Shown: positions 1 through 9,777 of the stretch, piece after piece | How the letters are laid out: each line of letters starts with the position of its first letter | Position numbering within the stretch: position 1 is the stretch's first letter | DNA from: Synechococcus sp. | GTDB taxonomy: Bacteria; Cyanobacteriota; Cyanobacteriia; PCC-6307; Cyanobiaceae | Length of the DNA: 64,000 bases | Direction of reading: 5' to 3' | NCBI GenBank assembly: GCA_047285535.1 | Contig: JBJBDC010000001.1 | Coordinates: 768,136 to 832,135, forward strand | Program-made: the position numbers and the translations under genes | Notes under the pieces: model-generated | Seen by the model: only the letters and a program-made list of their open reading frames with translations | Told to the model about the DNA's origin: nothing | The model's database searches: none

Positions 1-20
1 GATGGCCAGGAGGTTGGCGC

Positions 21-1202
21 GTGACCCGTTTCATCCACACCGCCGACTGGCAGATCGGCAAGCCCTACCGCCAGATCAGCGATGAGCAGAAGCGCTTCAA
101 GCTGCAGCAGGAGCGCCTGAATGCCATCGGCCGCATACGCGATGCTGCCCGCATCCAAGCCGCTGCTTTCGTTGTGGTGGCCGGTGATCTCTTTGATTCG
201 CCGACGCCTCCGGCGACGGCGGTGCTCGAGGTGCTGGAAGCCATCGGTGAGATGGAGATTCCCGTTCTGGTGATCCCGGGCAATCACGACCATGGGGCCC
301 TGGGCACCGTGTGGCACCGCGAGGATTTCCAACGGCATCAGCGCCAGATGGCACCCAACTTTCAGTTGCTGCTAGAGCGCGAACCCGTGGAACTCGATCA
401 GGTGGTGCTGCTGCCTTGCCCGCTGCTGCGCAATCAAGACAGCAGCGATCCAACGCTCTGGCTCCGTTCCCTTGATTGGGGGGGGCTGAATGCCAGCAAG
501 CCTCGGGTCGTTCTGGCCCACGGCGGTGTGCATGGCTTTGGCGGCCGTGAGTACGGGGCAGATGACGAGGCACAGGCAGGGGCCAACAACCTGATCGATC
601 TCGATGCCCTTCCGCAGCACGAGATCGACTACATCGCCGTGGGTGATTGGCACAACCTCAAACAGGTCTCTGAGTGCGCCTGGTATCCAGGCACTCCTGA
701 GCCGGATCGCTTTGATCAGGGGGAAAACAACCAGCGCGGTCAGGTGCTCGCCGTGGACGTCAGCCGCGGCTCAGCTCCACAGGTCCAGACGATCCCCACG
801 GGCCGCATCCGTTGGCACAACATCCGCTGTCGTTTCAACAGCGATGAGGATCTCGATCGTTTTGAACGGCAGGTGGAGGAGCTCACCGCTGGGCGGGTAT
901 CGCGTGACTTGTTACGCGTTGAAGTGAGCGGCAGTCTCAGCCTCGCGGGCCATCGCCGTTACGACCAGATTGTTGGCGATCTGGAAAGCCGTCTGCTCCG
1001 GCTTCGCCTCAAGGGGGAGTGCCAACAAGCTCCGGAAGCATCGGAACTCGAGCAACTCACCGGCCGCATTGAAGACCCGTTGATCGCCCGGGTCGCCGAA
1101 CAGCTGCAGGGGCGGTTGCAACGAAACGATGACCCGGACTCCGCTCAAGCCGCCCTGGCTCGCACGGCCCTCTGCGAGCTGTTCCGCTTCACCACCCTCT
1201 GA
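21..1202 (+). CDS. SbcD/Mre11-like (YhaO-type) DNA repair exonuclease, metallophosphoesterase
   Basis: Motifs IHTADWQIG, AGDLFD, PGNHD, AHGG, GDWH, YPGTPEPDRF; 5 bp upstream of a Rad50-like ATPase. Confidence 0.9.
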   Translation: MTRFIHTADWQIGKPYRQISDEQKRFKLQQERLNAIGRIRDAARIQAAAFVVVAGDLFDSPTPPATAVLEVLEAIGEMEIPVLVIPGNHDHGALGTVWHREDFQRHQRQMAPNFQLLLEREPVELDQVVLLPCPLLRNQDSSDPTLWLRSLDWGGLNASKPRVVLAHGGVHGFGGREYGADDEAQAGANNLIDLDALPQHEIDYIAVGDWHNLKQVSECAWYPGTPEPDRFDQGENNQRGQVLAVDVSRGSAPQVQTIPTGRIRWHNIRCRFNSDEDLDRFERQVEELTAGRVSRDLLRVEVSGSLSLAGHRRYDQIVGDLESRLLRLRLKGECQQAPEASELEQLTGRIEDPLIARVAEQLQGRLQRNDDPDSAQAALARTALCELFRFTTL

Positions 1203-1207
1203 TCAGC

Positions 1208-3925
1208 ATGCGTCTTCTCAACTGCCAGCTGCAGAACGTGAGGCTCCATGGCGACCTGAGCCTGGAGTTTTCGCCGCAGATCACCCTGATCGGTGGTGCC
1301 AATGAATCCGGCAAAAGCACGCTGGTGGAGGCATTGCACCGGGCCCTGTTTCTGAAGGCCAAAGCCACAGGTGCACCGGTTGCAGCCTTGCAGTCCAGGC
1401 TGCATATCGGCCAACCCACCATCAGTGTTGGCTTTGAAGCCAAAGGCGACACCTGGTCGTTGCGCAAACGCTTCAGCGGCAGTTCAGGGCAGGTGAGCCT
1501 CTCAGCCGACTCCGGTGCTCAGTCGCTGAATGGTGAGGTCGCCGAGGAAATGCTGGCTAAATTGCTGGGCGTGAAGGAAACGCTGGGCAGCCGTCAGGCC
1601 ACAACGGTGTTGCCCACCCGCTGGGCCCATCTCTGGGTGATGCAGGGGGCGGCAGGCGACAACCTTTTGGAAGCGGGCAAAGCCCACTACGACTTTGATG
1701 CGCTGCTGGAGCAACTGGAGCAGAGCGGTGGTGCGGTGGTGCAGCAATCAAGCCATGACCAACGGGTCGCTCAGCGGGTTGAAACGGCCTTGGATGAGAA
1801 CTTCACGACGCGGGGGATCAAGAAAAACTCGCCGCTGTGGCAGCGTCAGGAGGAGCTGGAGCAGGCTGAGTTGTCCCTGGAACGGGCTTTGGCAGGTCTG
1901 CGTGATTACAACGAGGCAGGAGCCGAACTCGCCGGTATTAGCGATCAACTTGAGACGTTGCAGAACCAGGAGCTCCCTGCCCTTGAACAGCGCCGCCAGT
2001 TAATCACCGAGGGAGCTGCAGCCTTGGCCAAGTTGGATGCGGCCATCGAGCTGGGCTCCAAAGGGCTGGAACCCCTGCGCCTGCGGCACGACGGCGCCAG
2101 CAAACAGTTGGCTGATGGCGATCAGTTGGCTGGCCAGCTCCAGGCAACCCATCAGCGTCTTGCGGACCTGCGGCAGAGCCAGGAGGGTGCTGAGGCCAGG
2201 GAGCAGGCGCTGGCGCACGCCGCTGAAACGAAACGGGAGGCGCGGCTGCGGCTCAATGCCCAGAAGCAACAGCTGGATCAACGCAATCAGCTCCTGCAAC
2301 TGCTGGTGGAACGTGCACGTCTGAGTGAAAGCCATGGTCGGCTGCACAAGGAGATCGAGCAGCTGCGCGCCAGCGCCGCGCAACGCAGCGCACTGGAACA
2401 GCAACTGGCGGCCGGCCCCGTGATCGGCCGCGCTGAACTCAGCCGGCTTCGGAAGTTGCAGCAGGCCTGGCGTGATGCGGCAACGCGGCAGCAGGCCATG
2501 GCGGCGGGTGTTCGTGTTCTGCGTGCGGATCAATTGATTCGTATCAACGGTGAAGCGCTTGCCAGTGGTGAGCAGCAGCAACTCAGCTCGGTGTTCGAGT
2601 TGCAGGTTGGTGAAGGCGTGGCCCTGGAGATCACCCCAGGCGGTGGGGAAGCCCTGGGCGACCTGGATGCGCAAACCACGGCTGCAGAAGCTGCTTTTCA
2701 GTCGGCCCTTGCCGGCCTGGGTGCCAGCTCCCTGGAGAACGCGGAGCAGATCGCCGAGCAACGCAGTGGGCTGGAGCAACAACTGCTTGCTCTTGGGAGA
2801 GCTCCCCAGCAGGATGTGGCGGTGCAGGAGCAAGCGCTGCAACGCATTCAGCAGCGCCTGGACGATCTCTCCAAGCAGTTATCCGCTTTCAGATCAGTTC
2901 AACAGGAGCTCGAGCAGGAGCAGCCCTTGCCATCGTCCTTGCCAGACCTTGAGGCCTCGCAGCAAGGCGTAGCGAGGACCCTCACACACACAGCAAAAGC
3001 CCTGGCCCAGGCGGAAAAGGATCTCGACGAAGCCAGCTCGGCACTGGAGAACTTCAAGGCCAGCACACTTAAAGGCGCCAGTCAGCTGCAGGTGGCGGAA
3101 GCCGAACGTCTGGATCGCCAGAGCCGGCTGGATGCGCTGATTCAGGCCTACGGCACCCGGGAAGCACTGCAAGCTCAGGTGGAGCAACTCGCGCAGCAGC
3201 GCCGACAGGCCGAGGGAGAGCTTGGCAAGCTGCAAGCGGAACGCGCTGCCTTGGGGAGTGGCGATCAGGAGCAGGAGCTGAAGGACCTCGATGGCCAGCT
3301 TGATGCTCTACAGCTCAGGATCGAAACCCTGCTGGATCGCCGTGGCGCTGCCAAACAACGCTGCGACAGCATCAGCAATGAGGACCCCTATGGAGCTGTT
3401 GAACAGGCCAGAGTCCAACAGGAAGCCGCCGAGCGCGACTACAGGAGCCTCAAGCGCGTCACCGATGCCCATCGCCTGCTTCAGCAGCTGTTCACGGAGG
3501 CCCAGGCCGTCCTGTCCAGCCGTTACAGCGAACCCCTGGCCCAATCCATCGGAACGTTCCTGAGGCCACTCATCCCCGATGGTCCCGTGGCTCAATTGGA
3601 GTACGACCAGTCCAGGGGTTTGGGGGGTCTGCAACTGCGACGTGGAAGCGAGTTCTATGACTTCCAGCAACTCAGTGGTGGGATGAAGGAACAGCTGGCC
3701 TCAGCGTTGCGGCTATCGATGGCCGATGTGCTCAAGGGCAACCACGACGGCTGCTTGCCCCTGGTGTTCGATGACGCTTTCACCAACTCGGACCCTGAGC
3801 GGGTGCAGATCGTGAAACAGATGCTGGGGACGGCTGTGGATCGGGGTCTGCAGGTGATTCTGCTCACCTGTGATCCAGGCCAGTACAGCGGCTTCACTGA
3901 CCAGATGATTGCACTGGACAGTTGA
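1208..3925 (+). CDS. SbcC/Rad50-like (YhaN-type) coiled-coil ATPase
   Basis: Walker A GANESGKST, long coiled coil, signature QLSGG, Walker B LVFDDAF. Confidence 0.88.
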   Translation: MRLLNCQLQNVRLHGDLSLEFSPQITLIGGANESGKSTLVEALHRALFLKAKATGAPVAALQSRLHIGQPTISVGFEAKGDTWSLRKRFSGSSGQVSLSADSGAQSLNGEVAEEMLAKLLGVKETLGSRQATTVLPTRWAHLWVMQGAAGDNLLEAGKAHYDFDALLEQLEQSGGAVVQQSSHDQRVAQRVETALDENFTTRGIKKNSPLWQRQEELEQAELSLERALAGLRDYNEAGAELAGISDQLETLQNQELPALEQRRQLITEGAAALAKLDAAIELGSKGLEPLRLRHDGASKQLADGDQLAGQLQATHQRLADLRQSQEGAEAREQALAHAAETKREARLRLNAQKQQLDQRNQLLQLLVERARLSESHGRLHKEIEQLRASAAQRSALEQQLAAGPVIGRAELSRLRKLQQAWRDAATRQQAMAAGVRVLRADQLIRINGEALASGEQQQLSSVFELQVGEGVALEITPGGGEALGDLDAQTTAAEAAFQSALAGLGASSLENAEQIAEQRSGLEQQLLALGRAPQQDVAVQEQALQRIQQRLDDLSKQLSAFRSVQQELEQEQPLPSSLPDLEASQQGVARTLTHTAKALAQAEKDLDEASSALENFKASTLKGASQLQVAEAERLDRQSRLDALIQAYGTREALQAQVEQLAQQRRQAEGELGKLQAERAALGSGDQEQELKDLDGQLDALQLRIETLLDRRGAAKQRCDSISNEDPYGAVEQARVQQEAAERDYRSLKRVTDAHRLLQQLFTEAQAVLSSRYSEPLAQSIGTFLRPLIPDGPVAQLEYDQSRGLGGLQLRRGSEFYDFQQLSGGMKEQLASALRLSMADVLKGNHDGCLPLVFDDAFTNSDPERVQIVKQMLGTAVDRGLQVILLTCDPGQYSGFTDQMIALDS

Positions 3926-4107
3926 GTTCATCGGACGCTGCCAAGAAACCGTTTTCTCTGGCACCTTTCAGCATCTCGATGGTTCAAGCAGAGCTGAGCA
4001 GCGCATTGTTCGAAGGAGGAACTCATGGAAAAGCTCGGTGGAGGCCGAGCGTGGTTTCGCAGCCGGCTTGCTGCCGTCTAACAGCTTTTGCGTCTGCAGC
4101 TCCTCCT

Positions 4108-4139
4108 ACCGATCACCGATCACCGATCACCGATCACCG
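4108..4139. repeat. Heptamer tandem repeat (ACCGATC) x4.5
   Basis: accgatc accgatc accgatc accgatc accg. Confidence 0.95.
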
Positions 4140-4153
4140 GGCTGATACTGAAC

Positions 4154-4192
4154 AGCAACAGCTGGCTTAGCGTGGTCAGGCGAGAGGGCATG
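4154..4192. repeat. 39-bp direct repeat, copy 1 (copy 2 at 7355-7393)
   Basis: agcaacagctggcttagcgtggtcaggcgagagggcatg vs agcgacagctggctacaggtgatcaggcgagagggcatg, 33/39 identical. Confidence 0.9.
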
Positions 4193-4406
4193 AGCACATC
4201 AATTCCTGCTCACCTTGGCTGAACTCAGCCAATTTGCACTCCATAGCTGTTCGCTGTTCTCGGAAGTCCGATCCGATGTCGTGATGGTGTCTCAATGAAG
4301 GCGTAATCCGGTGAGTCGGGCTGCTCAAGATGGTTGAAACCAACCAGCTGCCAGCTTTTCGAGGGATTCATACGCTGTTCGTAGCCGGCGTTGTTCGAGA
4401 AAAGGC

Positions 4407-6002
4407 ATGGGTTGATTCGCATGGCGCAGTCTGATTGCCCTGGCCGTTCTGATCGGAGTATTAGCGCTTGCTCTGAAAACCGCTCGGAAGCGGCAGAAGG
4501 CCCACACGGAGCTCAGGCCATCACGGGCCCCAACGATTCCAGCAGCCAAGCCCCTGGCGCCGTCACCCACCAAGCTCGTTCCCCCCGAGCCCTTGGCACC
4601 ACCACCGGAAAAGAGCTCGTCGGTTGAGGTCTCCCGGGAACCTGCTGTCGAAGCCCACAGTTCGATCTCGCCGCAGGGAAAAATTTGCGCACTTGTTACT
4701 TACAAAACAGCCACTGGGTTTCGCTCTGAACGGGAGGTGGTGCTGTACAGCCGGGTAATGAAGCAAGGGTCCCTCCACGCCATCACCATTCGAGAGCCAG
4801 GAAATCAAATAACGAAAACCTTCGTTTCAGTGGTTTGGAGCGATTGCAGCTTCTTGATGCATCTCTGGAACGCATCCTGAGCTCCCCCACTGACATCAAG
4901 AGCTGGATTGAGATCAATCTTCCACTCAAGAGCCAGAGCCGTGTGTCAATAAAAGCCAAGCGCGCCGGCGTAGAGCAATCGGCTCAGTTGCGGAAGCGCA
5001 CCACCCCCTCCGCTGCGCCAAAACCAGCCACTGCAGCAGCTGTCAAACCGCTGCCAACGTTGTTGCCAGAGGGTGCCAAGGGCTTCGCTGTTTTTGATCT
5101 GGAAACCACTGGCCTGAACACATCAGCCTGCTCAATTGTTGAAATTGCACTGGTGTGTGTGGATCCCAGCGGCAGTATCACGGAGACCTGGGAAACATTG
5201 CTGAATCCAGGCTGCACGATTCCCAAAGCAGCCACTGGTGTGCACAACATTGCCAATCAGGATGTGGTTCAAGCCCCTGCCTTTGCCGATATTTCCGCTC
5301 TGTTAGCTGAAAAGATTGATCAGCATGTTCTGGTGGCCCATAACCTGAGCTACGACTTCCCCATTCTCGAACGCCACTTCAGGAATCATTCCGATCTGGA
5401 GTTGGATCTTGGTGATGGCATCTGCACCCTGCGTGGCTTTGGCGGCGATCCTGCGAATGCCTACAGCAAAAAACTGCAGCACCTTTGTTCATTCCACAGT
5501 GTTGAATTTGACCCTCAATTGGCGCACTCCGCCCTCGGTGATGTTCTTCACTTTGGCTCAGGCGCTGATCAAAGGGATGGCCCATCTGCAAGCCTCGACC
5601 GCAGCTGTAGCAACGAGGCGATTGCAGTCTCCTAAAGAGCCCATCAAGGTGTTCACCCGGGCCATGCTCGAGGCAAAGGAGAAATCATCCTGGAGACCAA
5701 CCAGCCTTTCTTTGGAGAGGAGAATGTGCTTCGTCAGCACCGGGCCGCGTTCAAGGCAATTGGACACACCGATTCATCGCGCATCTGCCCATGCGGAGAA
5801 CTTGGGCTTGAGGAAGTTGGAAAGGATCACCAAAAAAGCGCCCCCTGATTTTTTACTCGCAACCAGCCTCAAGCTTGAATCCACAAAAATGACGCAAGCC
5901 CGTGATCGTGGCATCCCCATTCTTTTGATTGAAAAGCTGAATCAGGTCAGGGCAGCAGAAGGTTGTCTTGAGGCCTGGCTTGCCGCTGATGACTGCGTTT
6001 GA
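4407..6002 (+). pseudogene. Disrupted TM + WYL-like + DEDDh 3'-5' exonuclease + BRCT-like protein (paralog of 25697-27292)
   Basis: ATG 4407 followed by TGA at codon 3; TM segment LIALAVLIGVLALAL; frameshifts near 4822 and 5548; FDLETTG, AHNLSYD, AHSALGD; BRCT-like tail FVSTG...KMTQARDRGIPIL. Confidence 0.8.
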
Positions 6003-6019
6003 TGGGGTCTGCAATCCAG

Positions 6020-6538
6020 TCATGCGTTGGATTGCTCCTGCTGATCAGGGCTTGCTTGGAGTTTTGGATTGGTCTCAGCCAGCAGTGCCAACAACCATTC
6101 GATCCGTTGGAGACGTTGATCGAGTTTCATTTCAAGGCTGGTGAGCCGTTCTTCGAATTTCGTTTCACTGAGACCCTTGCTCCGGCTGCTGCTCGTGGTG
6201 GCTTTAACAGGCCAGGCACCGCTTTGACAGGTCTGAACAATCACCGCCCAGGTTGGTTTTTTAGGAGCGGGTCCGATCTGGTTTTCAATCCAAGCCTGTG
6301 CCTCCGCAACCTTGCCGAAGCGCTTTTTCAGCGCCGGCTGCTCGCATTCGTCGGCCGGTAAAAGACCTGCTGCTGCAAGGGCTTTACTGCCTGTTGCCCC
6401 CGGCTCCTCTGGAGGAATGAGGTCATCCACCATTTGCCGCACATGGCCGTTCTGTTCTCCGATGGTGCGATACAGATCAGCGTCACTCTTGGCCATTCGA
6501 GCCATGAGCTCAGCGAAGCGATTGCTGAGATCTCCCAT
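6020..6538 (-). CDS. Hypothetical protein with C-terminal coiled coil
   Basis: 172-aa ORF starting 1 bp after the upstream gene; its 3' half is conserved in a second copy at 24.7-24.98 kb. Confidence 0.7.
   Translation of the reverse strand: MGDLSNRFAELMARMAKSDADLYRTIGEQNGHVRQMVDDLIPPEEPGATGSKALAAAGLLPADECEQPALKKRFGKVAEAQAWIENQIGPAPKKPTWAVIVQTCQSGAWPVKATTSSSRSKGLSETKFEERLTSLEMKLDQRLQRIEWLLALLAETNPKLQASPDQQEQSNA
6022..6060 (+). repeat. Displaced DUF4336 5'-end scar (left half of core)
   Basis: ATG CGT TGG ATT GCT CCT GCT GAT CAG GGC (MRWIAPADQG); tcctgctgatcag is identical to 33787-33799. Confidence 0.6.
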
Positions 6539-6539
6539 G

Positions 6540-7040
6540 CTATTTGGAACCGCGAAGCAGCAGTTTCATCTGCTCAATCAGTTTGTTGATCTGAAGAATC
6601 GACCAGAAACCAGGGTGCTCTTTGGCCTCTTCCAGATCATGGAGCAACTCGTCTAGAGCTTGTTGTTTGTACTCAAATCCCTCCAGTTCTTTGTGCATGT
6701 CTTGAGCGAGACGCATGGCCTCTGCCTTTTCCTCTCCAATCGCCACCAAACGCTCTTCGTAAGTTCTCAATGTGTTGATGAAGTTCAGGCGAGCTTCGCT
6801 GAACTCCCTTGATCGCCGTTTCAGCTGGCCTCGGGAGCGCATGAGCGAGGCGTGGCTATTGCGCATTGCTTTGTAATGGTGATCCGCTTGCTCCGCAGTG
6901 AGTCCGGACAAATCCTTTGGAAAATCACTGGTGGAGCGAATGCCTTTGCATTCGATCTGTGGCTGAATCGCATTGGTGCTCAATGTCGTAATGGAACGAT
7001 TGAGTTGATCAGAATTGGCTTGCTGCAGATCCCCTGCCAT
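6540..7040 (-). CDS. Hypothetical coiled-coil protein
   Basis: 166-aa helical, charged ORF; operon-like with 6020-6538. Confidence 0.7.
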   Translation of the reverse strand: MAGDLQQANSDQLNRSITTLSTNAIQPQIECKGIRSTSDFPKDLSGLTAEQADHHYKAMRNSHASLMRSRGQLKRRSREFSEARLNFINTLRTYEERLVAIGEEKAEAMRLAQDMHKELEGFEYKQQALDELLHDLEEAKEHPGFWSILQINKLIEQMKLLLRGSK

Positions 7041-7354
7041 TGCGCAATTTGTTGAACTTCAAGTCTTTTTTCTATAGAAGCCACCCCTGAATTTGCAATG
7101 CTTCTCAGCATGAACTCAGGGAACTTTGAGGAAACAGTTTTGGCAGCGGTTGTCCTCGACAGCGCAAATACCCAGACCCTGATTCAATCCGTTGGAACCT
7201 ATTGCCATAGCAAGCTACGCCGCTCACGATCCGGGCACGATCACCTCCCATTCGAGGATCGTGGCGCGATTGGTTTTTCAAGGCCCATCAATATTGAAAT
7301 CACGCCCAAAACTGATCGGTCGCATAGGGCCGTAACGTGCCACCGACTGCACAT

Positions 7355-7393
7355 AGCGACAGCTGGCTACAGGTGATCAGGCGAGAGGGCATG
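7355..7393. repeat. 39-bp direct repeat, copy 2
   Basis: See 4154-4192; minus strand reads MPSRLITCSQLSL. Confidence 0.9.
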
Positions 7394-7410
7394 GGAGGGC
7401 TCAACCCTCC

Positions 7411-7857
7411 TTACGATGCCTCTGCCCCCCGGTTTTGCGCAGCCCCCACCTGAGGGAGTGAGTCCCTCTGGGACGTTGCTGTTTGCGGCGTGATGGCGTC
7501 ACAGCGATAGGTTTCAATCACCCCACGGCGCTGGCGGAACTCGGGATGGTCCTGGTCCAACGCCCGCCACCACCAGCGACCATCGGTGTAGCTGGGCACA
7601 CCAGTGTTATTGGTGCGGGGCAGCTGCAACGTGAGGCCGCGCCAGTGAATCAGCAGCCCATCGCCAGGCACGGTGCCGGCCGTTGTATTGGGAATCGGCG
7701 CCGCCAGGGCCCCCATCGCCTCCTGCCCGAGATCAATAATTTCCAAGCTGAGAGGGTCGCCCTCGCAGATCCAGTCCGCCGCCGCCGGCAGCGGTATCGC
7801 CAGCATCCACTGAAGGGTGAGCACCAGCCCTAGCAGGGCACGACAACAGCGGTTCAT
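7411..7857 (-). CDS. Hypothetical secreted protein
   Basis: Signal peptide ending AAA-D; LPRTNNTGVPSYTDGRWWW segment. Confidence 0.7.
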   Translation of the reverse strand: MNRCCRALLGLVLTLQWMLAIPLPAAADWICEGDPLSLEIIDLGQEAMGALAAPIPNTTAGTVPGDGLLIHWRGLTLQLPRTNNTGVPSYTDGRWWWRALDQDHPEFRQRRGVIETYRCDAITPQTATSQRDSLPQVGAAQNRGAEAS

Positions 7858-7929
7858 CGGAGGTTCATCGGAACGACATCCACAGCGGACTCCAACACGC
7901 GACAGATTGTGAGTCTGATTGTTCCAGCC

Positions 7930-8163
7930 ATGCTTCCCTGCAATCCGTTCTGTCCGATCAGTGCGGCGAAGATCGCCGGCCTCAAGGCCACCGTGCTGTT
8001 ACTCATGATGCTGCTGTTCAAGTCGAAGCTGCTGCGCCTGAAGATGTCGCTGCTTGGCTCCCTGCTGGGTCTACTGATGCTGACGGGCTTTCTGATCAGC
8101 ACCGGTCTGCTCACCCTGGTGGCCGGCGGCGCGGTGGCCTACGCCGCAACGCGCAGCAAGTGA
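7930..8163 (+). CDS. Small membrane protein
   Basis: Hydrophobic ORF; start uncertain. Confidence 0.55.
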   Translation: MLPCNPFCPISAAKIAGLKATVLLLMMLLFKSKLLRLKMSLLGSLLGLLMLTGFLISTGLLTLVAGGAVAYAATRSK

Positions 8164-8227
8164 TCGAAACGCTGGAGCATCGCCGAGCCCCGAGCAGAGC
8201 CTGACCGCATCGGCCTGGGGAAACCGC

Positions 8228-8410
8228 TCAGGATTCGTTCCTGAAGATGCGCTCCAGTTCAGCGCGAAAATCCTGGCTTGAGAGCGGTGCAGAGAACCGT
8301 CGGCTGCGATTGCGGCGCAACAGCGCCGCAATCCACCAGATCTGCAGCCCGGCGCCACAGGCTCCGAACAGCAGCAGGCTGATGGTGGGCTTGTTGAACG
8401 CGATGTGCAT
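8228..8410 (-). CDS. Small single-TM hypothetical protein
   Basis: 60 aa; TM followed by FRAELERIF. Confidence 0.6.
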   Translation of the reverse strand: MHIAFNKPTISLLLFGACGAGLQIWWIAALLRRNRSRRFSAPLSSQDFRAELERIFRNES

Positions 8411-8622
8411 GGGCCGCTGCCCTCAAGGTGCCGATCAGACCTGAATCATCTCCATGAATGCTCCTGATCTGCGGCAGGAGCACAAAGACGAAAGTGGGGA
8501 TTGCATCCAGCGCGAGCTGAGAAGCTTTGTCTGGGTCCACAAAAAATATTGGGGCGCACTGCTGGAGCCTTCACCAGACTGAAGCTGATCTTGCCCCGGG
8601 GGTTTACGGTTTTGCACCTCCC

Positions 8623-9174
8623 TCAGATGGGTGGGATGGTGCCAGCGGGCGTTCCCACATCGAAAGAGGTGTTGGAACTTGCCGAAGCATTGTTCAGCAG
8701 GCGATTCAGATTGACCCCTGCCTCATAGGCGGCACGGTGCAGGTCCTGGCGTTGCTGATCGTCCAGGCCATCCCAGAAGGCATGGAGCAGATCAACCGAG
8801 GCCTTGCCCAGGCCCACGAACCCAACCAGGGCAAGGGGCACACCGAGCCAGGGGAAGACCAGCAGAACAACGCTGAGCACCAGGCTCACGACCGCACCAT
8901 GTTTGGCCGACTCCCAGACGCTGGAGGCGATCGCCTGCACCTGGGTTGGACGATCGATGGCTCCCCGCTTGCGCAGCGCTTCCGTTCGCAGGGCCGTGAG
9001 CAGGGCCTGATAGATCGCATAAACCGCCACGCCACCGAGGGTGGATTCACCGATGAACTCGCGGCCGCTCCAGGCACCGCCATTGCCGTTGAGATCAATG
9101 GAAGCCAGGCCCGCTGCTGGCGCGACTTCCCAACGGGCCTTGGGAATCCGGTAGGGATCAATCTCGCGGCTCAT
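8623..9174 (-). CDS. Hypothetical membrane protein
   Basis: 183 aa with hydrophobic hairpin VVSLVLSVVLLVFPWLGVPLALVGFVG. Confidence 0.7.
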   Translation of the reverse strand: MSREIDPYRIPKARWEVAPAAGLASIDLNGNGGAWSGREFIGESTLGGVAVYAIYQALLTALRTEALRKRGAIDRPTQVQAIASSVWESAKHGAVVSLVLSVVLLVFPWLGVPLALVGFVGLGKASVDLLHAFWDGLDDQQRQDLHRAAYEAGVNLNRLLNNASASSNTSFDVGTPAGTIPPI

Positions 9175-9430
9175 GGTTGAACAAGAGAGGGGAGATCAAT
9201 ACCAGTCTGCTTTGAATGGGCTGTCTGTCGCCAGCCTGGTGGCCAAAACGACCTCTGAACTGATGACTGAATCTGACTGATCAGCCTCACGATTGGATCT
9301 CCATTTGATCTCAGCCGCCTCCATCCACTCCAGACCCCGATCGCGCTGGGTGCTGAAACTGAGATTCCAGGTTGTTGATGATGGTTCGGCGGGCCCGAAC
9401 GCGAGGCCGCATCCAATCAATAGCCAATCG

Positions 9431-9730
9431 ATGAATCCGATCAGCAATCAGAATCTGAAACTGGATCAGATCCCCGATCCGGATGGCAACTGGACTCACT
9501 GGGTCCGCTTCGCGCACACCATCAATGGCTATGAGATTCAGGGTGGATTTGAACCCTGCGCCGATCGAGCGAATTCCGGTTCGGCAGCAACGCTCACTGA
9601 GTTGCGCTCTGCTTTGTTTTTTGAAGCCCGTCGTGATCGTCACAGTGGTGGCATCTCCACCAATGAGCAGTTGATTCGAAAACTGCTACGAGCGATTCGG
9701 CAGAAGGTGAGTGCAGGCGCATTGGATTGA
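9431..9730 (+). CDS. Hypothetical protein
   Basis: 99-aa globular-looking ORF (FAHTINGYE...LRSALFFEARR). Confidence 0.65.
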   Translation: MNPISNQNLKLDQIPDPDGNWTHWVRFAHTINGYEIQGGFEPCADRANSGSAATLTELRSALFFEARRDRHSGGISTNEQLIRKLLRAIRQKVSAGALD

Positions 9731-9777
9731 GCTCCAGGACGAAATCCACCAGACTGAAGGCTCTGAAATCTCAACAA

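Larger units (their letters stand above)
3990..4192 (-). pseudogene. Decayed 5' remnant, probably of a TM0106-family RecB-like nuclease
   Basis: Minus strand from ATG 4192 reads MPSRLTTLSQLLLFSISPVIG, then after a frameshift/stop EELQTQKLLDGSKPAA. This resembles, from memory, the N-terminus of picocyanobacterial TM0106 proteins (SQLxLFSxSPVIGAWWEEL). Lower boundary approximate. Confidence 0.5.

Noticed and set aside
4108..4139. Heptamer repeat as a phase-variation switch
   Set aside because: It sits in a remnant with other lesions and no intact downstream gene.
5972..5993. Core-like GGCCTGGCTTGCCGCTGATGAC
   Set aside because: It lies inside the exonuclease C-terminal coding sequence and lacks the GATCA half.
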